A program made the translations under genes and the position numbers. From Balanoglossus misakiensis (lineage: Eukaryota > Animalia > Hemichordata), in contig CM082581.2 of the NCBI GenBank assembly GCA_040954595.2, positions 4,270,699 to 4,334,698 of the forward strand: a DNA stretch of 64,000 nucleotides. Direction: 5' to 3'. Under the pieces are notes generated by a model that did not search any database, was not told where the DNA came from, and saw nothing but the letters and a program-made list of their open reading frames with translations. Of the stretch, positions 60,295-64,000 are shown one piece after another (positions within the stretch are counted from its first letter, which is position 1; every line of letters starts with the position of its first letter).

Positions 60295-62548
60295 CACCAC
60301 TCGTTAAAACTTGGAAACCAATAAACAGACATCAGTACTACCAGTGACAATGACTTAGTCTCCCAAACAACATTATGTAAATCGAAGTATATGAGCAATG
60401 TCTTAGTTAGGAAGAACATTTCTAGCTTCTCTGCAAGCAACTTTACTATTTATCACTTTGCTGAATATTTTTAACTTCAGGAAGTCATTTCTCTTGCCAG
60501 TAAAAGAATTTTGTAAACTGTTTTTATGATTTTGCTATAAATTTGTCAAAAAAAAAATAAAACAGAAGAAATCGTTTATATTTTTCTCAGGAAATAGTTG
60601 ATTCAAAAATAGCTTTAATTAGTAAAACTATCAATTTTAATATAATGAATTGAAGCCTGTACTTTAAAAAAGATTATTTTATTTAATGTGGTACAATCAA
60701 TATGTAAATTATTTCAATGTGGGTCATTCATCAAAAAATTCATGTATTTTGTCAGAACTTCTCAATAATCAGGGAAGATATATCTCATTTATTTTAAGTC
60801 AACTTCACTCCGGAAATGACCATTGTTTGTCTCTCAATGTTTACAAATACTTTTTCATGTCATAATGACATATAAAGAATGTCCAATAATTGTGAAGAAT
60901 TTTTAATTGAAGGCTACATGTAACTGTATAATATGTTTTTGTCGATATTTCAAATAAAGTTTTAAAAGCATATTTGAGCTCCATTTGGTTATAGCTATCT
61001 TATGGAGTAAGCTTACATTTGTAATCTTGACATTTTACTCAAATTTGTAGTCTGTTGAATGTAGCATCATAACTCTTGTACATAACTATAGAGAAATAAA
61101 TTCAGTCTGCTGTATGATGTAACAAGGATAGCTAGACTATCATTGAAGAAAATTCACTCCTGTTTGTGTACAGTATCCAGTTTCCTTAGATGGAGGACTT
61201 TGCAATGATTCTCTTGTGTATAATAAATAAATATATAACGCTTTCCGAATTTTGTACACTATATGTTAACATGTTGATCAATGTCAAATGTTGTCACCTT
61301 GGAAATATTTATTTTTGTACTGAAGAATGTTTCGTTAGAAATAAATGAAAATAGAATTTTGATTATTTAGTCATGAATCTGTGAATGTGATGTTTGGAAA
61401 AAATTTGAGGTTTTTTTGAACGGGAGAGTGGGAATGGGATGTTATTGTGTGCATTCCTGGCTTTTTTTATCTTGCAGTAAATTAAACTGTCATATGTATG
61501 TACATGTATATGCGTATATTGGGAATTTTGAAATCAAATGAAAGCTAAAATTAAGTAACCTACCCATTCCATCACAACTGAATATACTTACACATTACCC
61601 ATTAAAAGGCGAAGTTGTTGATTAGAATCTAACATATCACTCAATTTATGAGTTACAGAGTAGTTCTTTGGACACCGAGGGCGCTGTCTATAGAAAATGA
61701 CTTTGTATTCCTACAATCCTTTAAAGGCATTTTTCTCAATCCCAGGGCAGAACAATGGAGGCAAATAAGAAATCCTTTGTGTTAGCACGTAACTGTTCAT
61801 TGGAAAGAAAAGATTTGACCTACAGTTAGGAAGGGCCTTTAAGGGACCGTTCAGTTTTTACGGCTGGGGGGGGGGGGGGTGGTCACTTAAATTATGGAAT
61901 CCCAAAGAGGGGGGGGGGGGGGTCATCTTAACTTGGCATGGAGCGTGTTACCCACATCACTATAATAAAAAAAGTGTAACATGTTTTCTCTCACATGACA
62001 TGACGTGGCAAGACCACATTTACGGACATTTGTATATAAGACTTTATATACGGTATTGTTTATGCTGAATGTGTATTGCAATCTGAATCTTTGAAATGAA
62101 GTGACAGACAGGTTTGCTTTAAAATATTTCAAAGTCATGTTATGACTAGTCAGATAACAAGTCAGATAGTTTGTAAAAGGTAAACCTGTCCTATGTAATG
62201 AAGGGAAAGAGGCTCCATGCTAAGTTTGAAAGTAAAATCATGCAAATACTGCAAAATGGCAGCTGTTGGGGCTTTAATAACTCATTCATTCTGCGAGATT
62301 TGATGGTAAAGTATTGGGTAATTGCCTAACGACGTACACCGGAAATTGTAGTCAACTATATGTCAGCTAGACAGGAAAAGACTGACGTATCGGTGTGATT
62401 ACCGAGAATAAAACATGATGGAAAACGAGCATGTTATGGAAGATATTCTTAATTATCTGACGGGATCACAAAGGAGGTGACACTATGCATCAGCCCCGGG
62501 CGTCGACAAACCGCGTGGAATTCAAACACATCACATTGTTCGCCTTAA

Positions 62549-63579
62549 GGGACTGTCCAGAATTTACTTCCAGGGTGGGGCTGGAGGATTTCTTATTTTC
62601 CTGGTGATTTTTTTCCATGGCCCCCCCTTGTAAATTGTGGAGGAAATCTGTGGCCCCCCCGTAAATTTCCTGTTTTTTTTCCATGACCCCCCCCCCCCCC
62701 CCCCCAATATATACATGCATGCTTACTGGTACAGACTACGACACATACAGTCTGATAAGGCTGCATTTACAAACACCTCTGGAAGGGGGGGGGGAGAATT
62801 AAATTTTTTTTACCGTTAATTTTCACATGCCCCCCGTACACAACCCGAAATATTTTCAATCCCCCCCCTTCCGAACAGCTATCTATCTTGTAAAAAAAGA
62901 AAAACAGCGCTCCCATGAAAAGAATTTGAAACTGATGTTTTTCCTCATCAGTGGATATTAAAACTGAACATTGTTTATATTTGTTAAGTATTTGTATTCT
63001 GTGTTGGCAGATATTGTAAACTGAGAAGTGAAGGGGGTGGGTTTGGGAGGGGGTGTCCCCCTCCCCTGTAAGAAAATTTTATAAAATACAGAGCTCAAAG
63101 CTGCATTTTAATGAACCCAAAAGCAAATTAACTTTTTATATACATATATGAATGATTGATGAGAAAATTAACGAATTCTAGTCTGGACTTGAATTGAGCT
63201 CGTCAACAGTAACAACACTGACTGTTCACTGTACATTTATGGTCTGTGCTGGCTGGCCAAATACTGGGCATTTTATTATGCTTCACAGAGTAGAACAAGA
63301 AACTGTAGTAGATATACAAAATAACCCACCGTAAAAATTACCGGAAATTCAAGCTTATGAAGATTTAATACACATCTGTCATCCAGGTAGCCATGAGGGT
63401 TTGTTTCTTATAAATCAGTACTTCTGGGCAAATATTGAGTTTGTGGGTTTTTTTTACATGGCCCCCCCTAAAGGATTGTGATTTTTATGTCTGACCCCCC
63501 CTAATTTTTCTTGGGGAAAATGGGTGGCCCCCCCTGAAAATCCTCCAGCCCCCCCTGGAAGTAAATTCTGGACAGTCCC
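62549..63579. mobile_element. ~1.03-kb non-autonomous TIR element with 3-bp TAA TSD (PIF/Harbinger-like), with G/C-run-rich and probably nested internal fragments
   Basis: TAA|GGGACTGTCCAGAATTTACTTCCAGGG..GGGCTGGAGGATTT ... AAATCCTCCAGCCCCCCCTGGAAGTAAATTCTGGACAGTCCC|TAA. No transposase ORF. Confidence 0.85.
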
Positions 63580-64000
63580 TAATTTCAGTTTGACAGTGAT
63601 GGCAGTCGCCTGAGTGAAACTCAATCTATTCTAAAGTTATCAATATCCTTTGCACGGCGTTTGGGGGGTTAATTTGGCGTGAGCAGTTCGGGCATCGCAC
63701 CATGTACACCGGCGGTTATTTATGTCACCATCGACCGACCGTATTAAATGATACCACAATTCTAAAGGAGTGTATTCGATAAACTTTTCTGTCTTATCGG
63801 CAGGTCATCTTGATCATGCACCAACGCTAAGCAGTCACTGAAAGTTTTTCCGTCCTGGTATTTGTGATCAATTTGGGTATTATTTCAACCGCACGTGTTT
63901 TGAGCGCAAATCTGATATTAGCTCAATTAGAGAGAAAGTAGATATCCTGAAAGACTTACTGAATATAAACATCAATCGTGATAGCATACACCCCTCGATC

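Overview
AT-rich, intron-containing eukaryotic DNA. The gene content and repeat landscape point to a bilaterian invertebrate, but the taxon cannot be fixed from sequence alone. Five spliced genes can be reconstructed with phase-consistent GT-AG exons: (1) CREBRF/REPTOR bZIP factor (-, ~600 aa); (2) a single NSD-family H3K36 methyltransferase (-, ~1642 aa; PWWP-HMG-PHDx4-PWWP-AWS-SET-postSET-PHD-C5HCH); (3) LETM1 (+, ~760 aa), head-to-head with NSD as in vertebrates; (4) an unnamed ~362 aa type I membrane protein built almost entirely of CxxC/GCC2_GCC3-like repeats, with endolysosomal sorting motifs (-); (5) a BRCT-containing family X polymerase of the Pol mu/TdT clade (+, ~535 aa), whose ATG lies only ~250 bp from that of gene 4. 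Introns, UTRs and intergenic DNA hold many non-autonomous DNA transposon remnants (TTAA-flanked, TAG..CTA with 9-bp TSD, TAA-flanked, and large foldbacks). The most interesting signals are candidate unannotated microexons and a poison exon in NSD just upstream of the SET domain, the TdT/Pol mu hybrid residues of the polymerase and its shared promoter with the orphan receptor, and a 30-bp transposon-like insert with a perfect 9-bp TSD. No rRNA, tRNA, CRISPR array or autonomous transposon was found. All coordinates were read by hand and may be off by a few bases.
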